A DNA stretch of 63,444 nucleotides from a virus (Duplodnaviria; Caudoviricetes), in the IMG/VR virus record IMGVR_UViG_3300044846_000637, positions 1 through 63,444 of that record. The stretch is one strand, 5' to 3'. Shown here piece after piece: positions 56,048 through 63,020 of this stretch (position 1 is its first letter; each line of letters opens with the position of its first letter). Under the pieces are notes generated by a model, which saw only the letters and a list, made by a program, of their open reading frames with translations, made no database searches and was not told the DNA's origin. Made by a program: the position numbers and the translations under genes.

Positions 56048-57556
56048 TTAGTAGAAAGCGGCTCTTCTATGTGATTTGAAGAGCGGAATTGGTTCCGGCT
56101 CATCGCTCGGCAACCTCAAAAACCCGCCTTGCCTAAAACGCAAAAGCGCTTGTGTCGTAGAGTCAACGAGGTCGTCGTTAGTGCCGCTGGGGAAGTCATT
56201 GCATTCCTCAATAACTTCTCTAGCCCACCTGCGATCCGGTGCCCACACTATGCCAGATGCCAAAAGGTCAGACACTGCGTTCACACGCGATATTTTGTCC
56301 TGTCCTTTGCCCGGAGTAAACTCCCCTACCGGGACGCCCATCCGCCGAAGCTCCTGATACAGCGCAGAACCGTTGGATTTCTTTTCTACGATGAACGCAT
56401 CTGGCTCCCACTCCTTGTACTCTTCCAGTACAAGCTTCTTCAGGTCAGGAAACTCTAGCCGTCTCTTGATTGCGTTCAACAATATGATGTTGAAGTTGCT
56501 TGTTTCTTCGTTAAAGAACACGCCCCAAGTCGTCAGGGCGTTGTAGTCAGCACGGTTGTTGGATTCTTGTGCGGCGTCCAACGACATGATCGTAAACTCG
56601 CAGTCCGGCGGGTCATCTTTATCCCACACCTGCCACCACTCCCTTTTAAGCAGCGCACCCTCTTCCGATACGGGATTCTGCATGTACTGGGCCTGCCAGT
56701 ACCGTGGGTCCATACCTGCTTTTTTAGACAGTAGTTCTTCCAACGACCAAAAGTCCGACCAAAGCGGTTTATCGTTCAAAATGGCGGGGAATTCCACTAC
56801 TTCCCACGGCTCAACGCCCTCTTCCTTCTGCATCTGGTTGATTACCATGCCCGTCAGGTCTAATTTGGACCAACGAGTCATAACCATAATAATCGCGCCA
56901 CCCGGCATAAGACGCTGCAAAGGACCAGACTGGAACCACTCCCAAGCAGGAAGAAATACATCGGGCCTTCCGGTTTTGGCATCCTGCTCAGAGTGAGGAT
57001 CGTCAATAATAAATAGGTCAGCACCCCGGCCTGCAAGAGCGCCTCCGACACCAATTGCAAAGTATTCGCCATCGAAGTTTGTACCCCATCTTGATGCAGA
57101 TTTAGAGTCAGACTGAAGCTCAATCTGGGGAAAAATGTCTCTGTAGGACTCACTACCGACCAGATTTCGCACTCTACGACCGAAGTTCACTGCCAAATCA
57201 GCAGTGTGGGAGGCCATGATGACCTTTTTATGAGGGTATTTACCTAGAAACCACGCAGGAGCGAGGTAACTGATCATCTCCGACTTGCCATGTCGGGGTG
57301 CAATGTTCACTACGACCCGTTTTTTCTTGCCAGCAGCGATCTCTTCAAAGATTTTGGCAAGCCTGCGGTGGTGCGGACCCACTTTATAGCCCGGATATAC
57401 GTGGTCAATGAACGTCAGGAAGTTGTCTTTGCCCAATTCTTGGGCTTTTTGGGCATACCAAGTCTTGATAAGCTCCAAAGTACGGCGTTTTTGATTCTCC
57501 CCCATCTGGGGAAGCGCCTGTTCAAGCTCCTGAATGTGTTCAATCGTCAATTTCAT
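56048..57556 (-). CDS. terL: Terminase large subunit
   Basis: APRHGKS, IIDDPH, MTRW, AQYMQNP, RNase H-like SLD..., IVEKKSNG, NDDLVDS. Confidence 0.95.
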   Translation of the reverse strand: MKLTIEHIQELEQALPQMGENQKRRTLELIKTWYAQKAQELGKDNFLTFIDHVYPGYKVGPHHRRLAKIFEEIAAGKKKRVVVNIAPRHGKSEMISYLAPAWFLGKYPHKKVIMASHTADLAVNFGRRVRNLVGSESYRDIFPQIELQSDSKSASRWGTNFDGEYFAIGVGGALAGRGADLFIIDDPHSEQDAKTGRPDVFLPAWEWFQSGPLQRLMPGGAIIMVMTRWSKLDLTGMVINQMQKEEGVEPWEVVEFPAILNDKPLWSDFWSLEELLSKKAGMDPRYWQAQYMQNPVSEEGALLKREWWQVWDKDDPPDCEFTIMSLDAAQESNNRADYNALTTWGVFFNEETSNFNIILLNAIKRRLEFPDLKKLVLEEYKEWEPDAFIVEKKSNGSALYQELRRMGVPVGEFTPGKGQDKISRVNAVSDLLASGIVWAPDRRWAREVIEECNDFPSGTNDDLVDSTTQALLRFRQGGFLRLPSDEPEPIPLFKSHRRAAFY

Positions 57557-58130
57557 CGGGTAGCTTCTCGATTTCTTTGACTTGCACATCCATCACGGGC
57601 TGATGGGACAGATTTGTGATGCGTTTTAACTTGCTTAGCGTATCTGCCAGCTCGTTTTCCACCTCTTCAATGGACTGCATCTTTACAGTCACTTCGGTGC
57701 GCTTCTTAAAAGCATCAACGCCGTCAACATCACCTAGAGCCTTGATCGCCTGCATCCTAACTTTGCCGTCAGGGTGCTCTGATTCTTGCAGTAGCTTATT
57801 TACAACATACAGCTTCAGGTCAGCAAGGTCACGCACAACCATACCGCTGTACATAGCCACCATACCACCAAGATAGGCAAGAGTCTCATTTGGGTATTGA
57901 GTTAGATCGGGTGGGGTTTTGTTTGCCACGACCTGCTCCATGAGTTCATGCGCTTGGGCACGATTCTCTTCGGTGGGGTCTAAGGGTTTACCCGTAAGGT
58001 CTGAGATCAACTTGACGGTACGAGCCCGCATTTCGATCTCTTCTTTGGGGGAAAGTTCAGGCATAGCCTCGGCCAGATTGGCAGGCAGCGGAACATCCCA
58101 GTCAATGTCAGGCATCAGTGGTTCAGTCAT
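57540..58130 (-). CDS. Putative terminase small subunit
   Basis: First gene of the late arm, overlaps terL, RMQAIKALG..GVDAF helix motif. Confidence 0.6.
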   Translation of the reverse strand: MTEPLMPDIDWDVPLPANLAEAMPELSPKEEIEMRARTVKLISDLTGKPLDPTEENRAQAHELMEQVVANKTPPDLTQYPNETLAYLGGMVAMYSGMVVRDLADLKLYVVNKLLQESEHPDGKVRMQAIKALGDVDGVDAFKKRTEVTVKMQSIEEVENELADTLSKLKRITNLSHQPVMDVQVKEIEKLPDEIDD

Positions 58131-58235
58131 GGAGGGAATAGCACTCCTGTTTGTTTAGTGTTGGCGACCGGGTTCTCCCAATCCTACGCTGCACCACAAA
58201 TATGATTGTCGCAATCACGCTTGACCAACGGGTGG

Positions 58236-58263
58236 AATATAACACACGGTGTGGATTTGTAAA
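58236..58263 (-). promoter_or_regulatory. Candidate late-arm promoter
   Basis: Minus strand TTTACA-N16-TATATT with extended -10 TG. Confidence 0.55.
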
Positions 58264-58433
58264 GGAGGTAAGGAATCCTACCGGGGGGTGTTCCTATATT
58301 AGGGGGGTGGGGGTCGGTTGTCTGGGAAATTTGAAAAAACGTGGGCTATTTGTGCAAGTCTTAGTGTATAGGGAGCGGGGGAGTCCCAACGCGGATTTGG
58401 GGGGTCGGGGTGCGGTGGGGTCTGACCCCGCCA

Positions 58434-58467
58434 AAACTTTACAAATGCTTAGGGGTTGTGGCATAAC
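58434..58467 (+). promoter_or_regulatory. Cassette promoter 1 (AAACTTTACA class)
   Basis: TTTACA-N18-CATAAC; aligns with the elements at 59142 and 59967. Confidence 0.55.
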
Positions 58468-58511
58468 AGAACCATGCAGAGCAATAGTGCAATGCATAAC
58501 TGGAGAAACAA

Positions 58512-58700
58512 ATGAAAGCAATCAAGACAGCTTGGCTGTGGCTTACACAGTACATGGTTTGCGTCAAGTGGGACGGCATCGAGACAATCCACTGGGCCAA
58601 GACCGAAACGGAAGCGCGAGAGTGGATGGCCTGCTACGGCGTAGCAGACACATGTGTCTACGGCAAGCGCGGCAAGTTGCTGGGCGGTCGCTCAGCTTAA
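58512..58700 (+). CDS. Small early protein
   Basis: GGAG RBS; followed by a cUUCGg hairpin at 58706-58721. Confidence 0.7.
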   Translation: MKAIKTAWLWLTQYMVCVKWDGIETIHWAKTETEAREWMACYGVADTCVYGKRGKLLGGRSA

Positions 58701-58739
58701 CCAACGGGGGCTTCGGCCCCCACTTCAATGGAGAATGAA

Positions 58740-59030
58740 ATGCAACAGTTAGAGTTGTTTCCCCTCAACCTGCTTGAACAAGCAGCCCGTCAATCAAGAG
58801 CCGCGTCTCTGCAAGAGATGTTGTGCAAAGTGAACGACGCCCATGCTGAGTATGTCAGCCGATTCGACGGTATGTATGCTGACCATGTAATCTTCACAGA
58901 CGGCGACACACCAACCTTCACGATCATCCCTGAGTTCTGGCCTGACTTGGCTAGTGACTACATGAATGACGCGCATCCTACGGTTTATTACCAAGTCTGT
59001 GAAGGCATCGACGATAGCTTTGCTAACTAA
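58740..59030 (+). CDS. Acidic early protein
   Basis: GGAG RBS 6 nt upstream; ends at a terminator. Confidence 0.7.
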   Translation: MQQLELFPLNLLEQAARQSRAASLQEMLCKVNDAHAEYVSRFDGMYADHVIFTDGDTPTFTIIPEFWPDLASDYMNDAHPTVYYQVCEGIDDSFAN

Positions 59031-59058
59031 GAAAGGGGCCAATCGGCCCCTTTCTTTT
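59029..59058 (+). terminator. Rho-independent terminator (possibly bidirectional)
   Basis: AAGAAAGGGGCC-AATC-GGCCCCTTTCTT. Confidence 0.85.
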
Positions 59059-59064
59059 ACGCCT

Positions 59065-59096
59065 TTGATACCAGTTATTTGTCGCCGCGTGCGTGG
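59065..59096 (+). repeat. Cassette-junction motif, copy 1
   Basis: TTGATACCAGTTATTTGTCGCCGCGTGCGTGG. Confidence 0.9.
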
Positions 59097-59141
59097 AAGC
59101 GCGAGTGGCTGGCGCGTAACTTAGCTTTGCAGTCCCCGCTG

Positions 59142-59175
59142 AAACTTTACATTATGGTCTAGGGTCAGCTATAAC
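59142..59175 (+). promoter_or_regulatory. Cassette promoter 2
   Basis: AAACTTTACA, TTTACA-N18-TATAAC. Confidence 0.6.
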
Positions 59176-59236
59176 TTAATCACTGGGCGGCAATTCTGTT
59201 GTTCAGTTTTTTGTAACTTAACTTGGAGTCTTTCAA

Positions 59237-59842
59237 ATGAAAGCAACAAAGTCTCAGGGTCCATCGACCCTTTCGGTGTCTAGTCTCAAAGACGCTGGCT
59301 ATCAGTCAGCTATCAGCGGTGAACGTATGGACACTGTTGCACGCTTCGTGTTCGCTGAATGCCCCGGCTTCACTTCTGATGTGCCAAAAGAAGTGCTGGC
59401 TAGTCTGTCTGAAGGTTGGGCACTTCGCTGGCAAGAAATCAACCCTGCAAAGAAGTACACGACAGATTATGTGCCTTCTGACACTGGCAACATCGAAGTC
59501 AGTCTGGCTTTCTGTCTGTCCTATAGTCAGCAAGCCTTCGGTCAAATGAAGAATGAAGACCCGGTGAAACACTCGCTGATCAAAGGTGTTCGAGATGCCT
59601 TCAGCAAGTATCGTTCAAACCGTTTGTCTGATCTGAAGACAGCCGTTCGTAGGATTGAACGTGAGGGCGAATCGAAAACAAAGAATCCTACAAAGGGTTT
59701 CTCTGACTTCATCACCGACACTTTCACTAACATGAAAGCCAGATGTAAGACAGCCAGCGCACGCGGGGATGCTGAAGCCAGCGAAGTAAATCTGGCTGTT
59801 GCAATCGACGCCTTCAAGCGTGCTTATCACCGCGCTGATTAA
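59237..59842 (+). CDS. Unknown early protein, paralog A
   Basis: GGAG RBS; colinear with 60046-60624 (KDAGYQ, ALRWQE, SYSQQAFGQ, RCKTA.ARGD). Confidence 0.85.
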   Translation: MKATKSQGPSTLSVSSLKDAGYQSAISGERMDTVARFVFAECPGFTSDVPKEVLASLSEGWALRWQEINPAKKYTTDYVPSDTGNIEVSLAFCLSYSQQAFGQMKNEDPVKHSLIKGVRDAFSKYRSNRLSDLKTAVRRIEREGESKTKNPTKGFSDFITDTFTNMKARCKTASARGDAEASEVNLAVAIDAFKRAYHRAD

Positions 59843-59857
59843 TCAGCCGTACCAACT

Positions 59858-59884
59858 GAAGGGGCCTTGTGCCCCTTCTTTTTT
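59858..59884 (+). terminator. Rho-independent terminator
   Basis: GAAGGGGC-CTTGT-GCCCCTTC followed by T6. Confidence 0.85.
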
Positions 59885-59889
59885 GGCCT

Positions 59890-59931
59890 TTGATACCAGT
59901 TATATGTCTCCGCGCGTGTATGCGTGCGTGG
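59890..59931 (+). repeat. Cassette-junction motif, copy 2
   Basis: TTGATACCAGTTATATGTCTCCGCGCGTGTATGCGTGCGTGG. Confidence 0.9.
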
Positions 59932-59959
59932 TCAAGCGCATCGATCACCGATTCAGCAT

Positions 59960-60000
59960 CCCGTGAAAACTTTACTTATGGGCTTGGGTGTGGCAAAAGA
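59960..60000 (+). promoter_or_regulatory. Cassette promoter 3 (degenerate -10)
   Basis: CCCGTGAAAACTTTACTTATG...GTGGCAAAAG aligns with promoters 1 and 2. Confidence 0.45.
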
Positions 60001-60045
60001 ACATTACCGGATGACGTTTTGATTGTCCGGATTTTGGAGTTTCTT

Positions 60046-60624
60046 ATGAAAAAGCACAGCACAGTTGCATCCTTCAAGGATGCGGGTTACCAAGCCGCCA
60101 AGCATGGCGAAGGTATGGCGCAAGTCGCACGTTTTGTTCTTGATGAGTGCCCATCATTCCTTGATGGTGTACCCGATGAGGTCAAGGCTCAACTGCGTGA
60201 GGGTCAAGCATTACGTTGGCAAGAACTTAATCCCGCCATTCGGTACACAGCCGATTGGATTCCATCTAAGGACGGCGGGACTGAGGTTTCGTTGGCGTAT
60301 TGCATGAGCTACTCTCAACAAGCATTTGGGCAGCTCAAGAATGAGCACCCAATACAGCACAGCATCATCAAGGGTGTGAGGGATAAGTTCAACAAGTATT
60401 CATCCAACGTCATGGGTGATCTCACCAGAGCGGTTCGCAGGCTCATGTCTGAGGGCCAAGACAAAACCAAGTCCGCTACCAAGAACTACACAGAGTTCCT
60501 CAGTGATATGTTTGATTCATGCAAATCACGATGCAAAACAGCCCATGCCCGTGGTGACACATCCGCACCTAATGAGGTTGCACTGCGCCAAGCAATTGAT
60601 GCATTCTATGCACAGTTGAAGTAA
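60046..60624 (+). CDS. Unknown early protein, paralog B
   Basis: Start MKKHST after GGAG; paralog of 59237-59842. Confidence 0.85.
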   Translation: MKKHSTVASFKDAGYQAAKHGEGMAQVARFVLDECPSFLDGVPDEVKAQLREGQALRWQELNPAIRYTADWIPSKDGGTEVSLAYCMSYSQQAFGQLKNEHPIQHSIIKGVRDKFNKYSSNVMGDLTRAVRRLMSEGQDKTKSATKNYTEFLSDMFDSCKSRCKTAHARGDTSAPNEVALRQAIDAFYAQLK

Positions 60625-60630
60625 CCACAC

Positions 60631-60665
60631 AGCCCCACCAGTCGCAAGATTGGTGGGGCTTTTTT
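60631..60665 (+). terminator. Rho-independent terminator
   Basis: AGCCCCACCAGTC-GCAA-GATTGGTGGGGCT followed by a T run. Confidence 0.9.
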
Positions 60666-60673
60666 GTGGCCCG

Positions 60674-60711
60674 TTGATACCAGTTATATGTCTCCGCGCG
60701 TGTGTGCGTGG
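60674..60711 (+). repeat. Cassette-junction motif, copy 3
   Basis: TTGATACCAGTTATATGTCTCCGCGCGTGTGTGCGTGG. Confidence 0.9.
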
Positions 60712-60749
60712 GCTAGGCGATGACTTAGCGTTTCACGGGTAGGTGAAAT

Positions 60750-61340
60750 TATTCCAAGATTCCAACCCTGTTTGGAACTGGAACGAGCTAATTGGAATTT
60801 TGGAATCAGGGCAAAACTTACAGAAAACTGGAATTTTTGCGTTTTAATGTAAAGTGGGCCTATATGTAAAGTAAAATTGGAATCGACTTTCTTCAATGAA
60901 ATCAAGTACTTACGAGGCAAAATTCCAAAATTCCAAAATTCCAATGGAATTTTAGTGGGGAGGAAACTTACAAAGTGATTTTGCAAAACCGGGATCGTTG
61001 AAGAGGCTCAGCAAGTGCGATGTCCAACAACGTCTGATTGAGTTGGGCAAAGTTTGGCTAAGTTCGCGCATATCCCCCCAAAGGCAGGCCCCTATTCAAA
61101 ACGCTTGGAATCTTGGAATTTTGGAATAACTCAAAAATATATATCTATATATACTACTACTACTACTACTACTTAGTCTTTTCTTACCGTAAAAAGTATT
61201 CATTTCCACTTTCACCCCTACACACCAAAAAATTCCAACAAAACACCCGTTTTGGAACCAATTCCACCTTTTTTACCTAACTTTACATTACCCCCTTTCG
61301 CCACACCCCCAAAACCACGCCGCAACCAAGTTATCCACAC
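60750..61340. other. Candidate replication origin (TGGAA/TTCCA repeats, AT-rich tract, DnaA box)
   Basis: About 19 TGGAA/TTCCA copies in both orientations, TA-rich tract 61133-61153, (TAC)7 at 61152-61172, TTATCCACA at 61331-61339; no credible ORF. Confidence 0.55.
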
Positions 61341-61377
61341 CCCAAGCTTCTGCCTCAACTACTTTTGCCCAAGAGTA

Positions 61378-61406
61378 TTGTATAATATGTAAAGTTATGG
61401 TATAAT
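61378..61406 (+). promoter_or_regulatory. Strong sigma70-like promoter (copy A)
   Basis: TTGTAT-N17-TATAAT with extended TG; spacer contains ATGTAAAGT. Confidence 0.8.
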
Positions 61407-61411
61407 TGAAT

Positions 61412-61470
61412 TCTGGTTGGGGGAGAAGCCAGACAACACCGTTACTTACCGTTTCACCTCCCCGTGAAAC
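61412..61470 (+). ncRNA. Two-hairpin 5' leader (copy A)
   Basis: TCTGGTT-GGGGGAGA-AGCCAGA and GTTTCAC-CTCCCC-GTGAAAC; the loops are complementary. Confidence 0.45.
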
Positions 61471-61484
61471 ATCTGGAGAAAATC

Positions 61485-61829
61485 ATGAAAGCAAAGTTCG
61501 TTATCGATTCATCTGCGGTTATCCGCAATCCTGCATTGCGTCCATACTTGCCCAGAACAACTCGCAAAGCATTGCGCGTTACGCCCCCGAAGGCACAGGT
61601 CAATCACGACTGCATCAACACACCATGCGTTGACCAGATCGTCACCGATTGGCTTGCCGTTCACGACCCCCTGAATGACAAGGCGTATCTCGCCACTAAC
61701 ACCATCGACCCATGCTTTGACTTTGACGAGTTCGGCGACATCGATAACGAGCTTGACGGACTGACAGTTCACGAGCCGATGAATGTTGTCGAGCTGTGGG
61801 AGTTCTGCACAGGCTACAACGTGTTGTAA
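61485..61829 (+). CDS. Hypothetical early protein (basic N-terminus, acidic C-terminus)
   Basis: GGAG RBS before MKAKF. Confidence 0.7.
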   Translation: MKAKFVIDSSAVIRNPALRPYLPRTTRKALRVTPPKAQVNHDCINTPCVDQIVTDWLAVHDPLNDKAYLATNTIDPCFDFDEFGDIDNELDGLTVHEPMNVVELWEFCTGYNVL

Positions 61830-61886
61830 TCAAACAACACGACACATACACCCCAATACGTTAGCAGCTAACAGGAGAGCTTAACA

Positions 61887-62045
61887 ATGGCAAAGAAAAT
61901 TACATTCAAAGAGGTGCCTGTCGGCACATCGTTCATCAGCAACGGGAACATCTGCACCAAGCTGTCATTGCGCACAGCGGTGCTTGTCCAGTACATGAGG
62001 ACGTTCTATTTCAGCAAGGACGAGTTGGTTGAGGTCGTGTCCTGA
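61887..62045 (+). CDS. 52-aa hypothetical protein (not in ORF track)
   Basis: MAKKITFKEVPVGTSFISNG..., AGGAG RBS. Confidence 0.7.
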   Translation: MAKKITFKEVPVGTSFISNGNICTKLSLRTAVLVQYMRTFYFSKDELVEVVS

Positions 62046-62069
62046 CCCAACTATTTCACCCCAAAGCTA

Positions 62070-62098
62070 TTGTACAATATGTAAAGTTGTGCTATAAT
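62070..62098 (+). promoter_or_regulatory. Strong sigma70-like promoter (copy B)
   Basis: TTGTAC-N17-TATAAT with extended TG; near-identical to 61378-61406. Confidence 0.8.
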
Positions 62099-62100
62099 AG

Positions 62101-62162
62101 AGTCTGTGGTCGGGGAGCGAGTACGTAAGCCGATCACTCAGCGTTTCACCACCCCGTGAAAC
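62101..62162 (+). ncRNA. Two-hairpin 5' leader (copy B)
   Basis: GTGGTCGG/CCGATCAC stem and GTTTCAC-CACCCC-GTGAAAC. Confidence 0.4.
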
Positions 62163-62197
62163 TTAGTTCATTCAGTTCATTCAGTAAGGAGTCCATC

Positions 62198-62536
62198 ATG
62201 GGCGCAGTCAAGACCGTATATACAGCATTGCTCGAGGCCGAGGCCAACGGGCACATCCACCCAACCATCGCACAAGCAATACGCGCGATGCAACCCCCAC
62301 CCGCACCGACTGACGTTTCACCCACCCCTGAAACGATGCCGACCTATGTCTATGCGCTGTACACAGATGGCGTGTTGCTTGATCTGTACATGTATCGCGA
62401 GACGGCGGACTACGAGTGCTACCTCTGCCGTATGGGTGAGGAGCAGTTCCGTGTCTACGACGAGGACGGAGACTTCCGCCGATACGAAGTGCGCGAGCTT
62501 ACTGTTCACACGCACAAGCCACACAACGCACGCTGA
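62198..62536 (+). CDS. Hypothetical early protein
   Basis: AAGGAG RBS before MGAVK. Confidence 0.7.
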   Translation: MGAVKTVYTALLEAEANGHIHPTIAQAIRAMQPPPAPTDVSPTPETMPTYVYALYTDGVLLDLYMYRETADYECYLCRMGEEQFRVYDEDGDFRRYEVRELTVHTHKPHNAR

Positions 62537-62546
62537 TGGAGACACC

Positions 62547-62759
62547 ATGTCACGTATGAAACCAATCTGCGACAAGTGCGGAGATAACTATTCAGCCAAA
62601 CGTGCAAAGGTAGGTTACCGCCTATGCATGCCATGCGGCGAGGACAACGCGCAACTGCGCCGCTTCACCATTGCACCGATGCACAAGTCCAACTACATGC
62701 TGATCACAGACTACGACGACCTCAAGGGTATCAACAACAAGGGAGGGTTGCACCAATGA
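62547..62759 (+). CDS. Small C4 Zn-finger protein (DksA/TraR-like finger)
   Basis: CDKCG...R...GYRLCMPCG; PMHKSNY. Confidence 0.65.
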   Translation: MSRMKPICDKCGDNYSAKRAKVGYRLCMPCGEDNAQLRRFTIAPMHKSNYMLITDYDDLKGINNKGGLHQ

Positions 62760-63004
62760 TGCAAGACCGATGCAACGAAGATTACGAAGCGGGATTGAAA
62801 GCTGGCAAGCAGATAGTCATCCTCGCCAAAGAAGTGTATGGCAGACAGATGTTCTATCCCGTATGTGATACGTCACGCCTGTTCGCCGCTATTGCTGACC
62901 GAGCCACCCTGTCTGAGGTAAACGTCAGACGGATACGACAACTTGGGTACGAGGTGACAGTCACCCACCCCAAGCCAATCAACATCGATTTCACCAACCC
63001 CTGA
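62756..63004 (+). CDS. Hypothetical protein
   Basis: ATGA-coupled; KEVYGRQMFYPVC...LGYEV. Confidence 0.65.
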   Translation: MMQDRCNEDYEAGLKAGKQIVILAKEVYGRQMFYPVCDTSRLFAAIADRATLSEVNVRRIRQLGYEVTVTHPKPINIDFTNP

Positions 63005-63020
63005 ACTACTGGAGAGAGCC

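Noticed and set aside
59869-60045. N-terminal extension of the 251-aa ORF
   Set aside because: It overlaps the terminator, junction motif and promoter. The RBS and the paralog alignment place the start at 60046.
59065-60711. CRISPR-like array from the three ~30-bp repeats
   Set aside because: The repeats are ~800 bp apart with whole genes between them, and there is no cas operon. The Cas4-like gene is a standard replication-module nuclease.
60684-60986. 100-aa minus-strand ORF in the repeat region
   Set aside because: Its composition mirrors the TGGAA repeats, it has a non-ATG start and no RBS; more likely non-coding.
61375-61405. dif/cer-like XerCD site (GTATTGTATAA...TTATGGTATAA)
   Set aside because: The central spacer would be 9 bp rather than 6-8, the XerC arm matches poorly, and the sequence is fully explained as a -35/-10 promoter duplicated at 62070.
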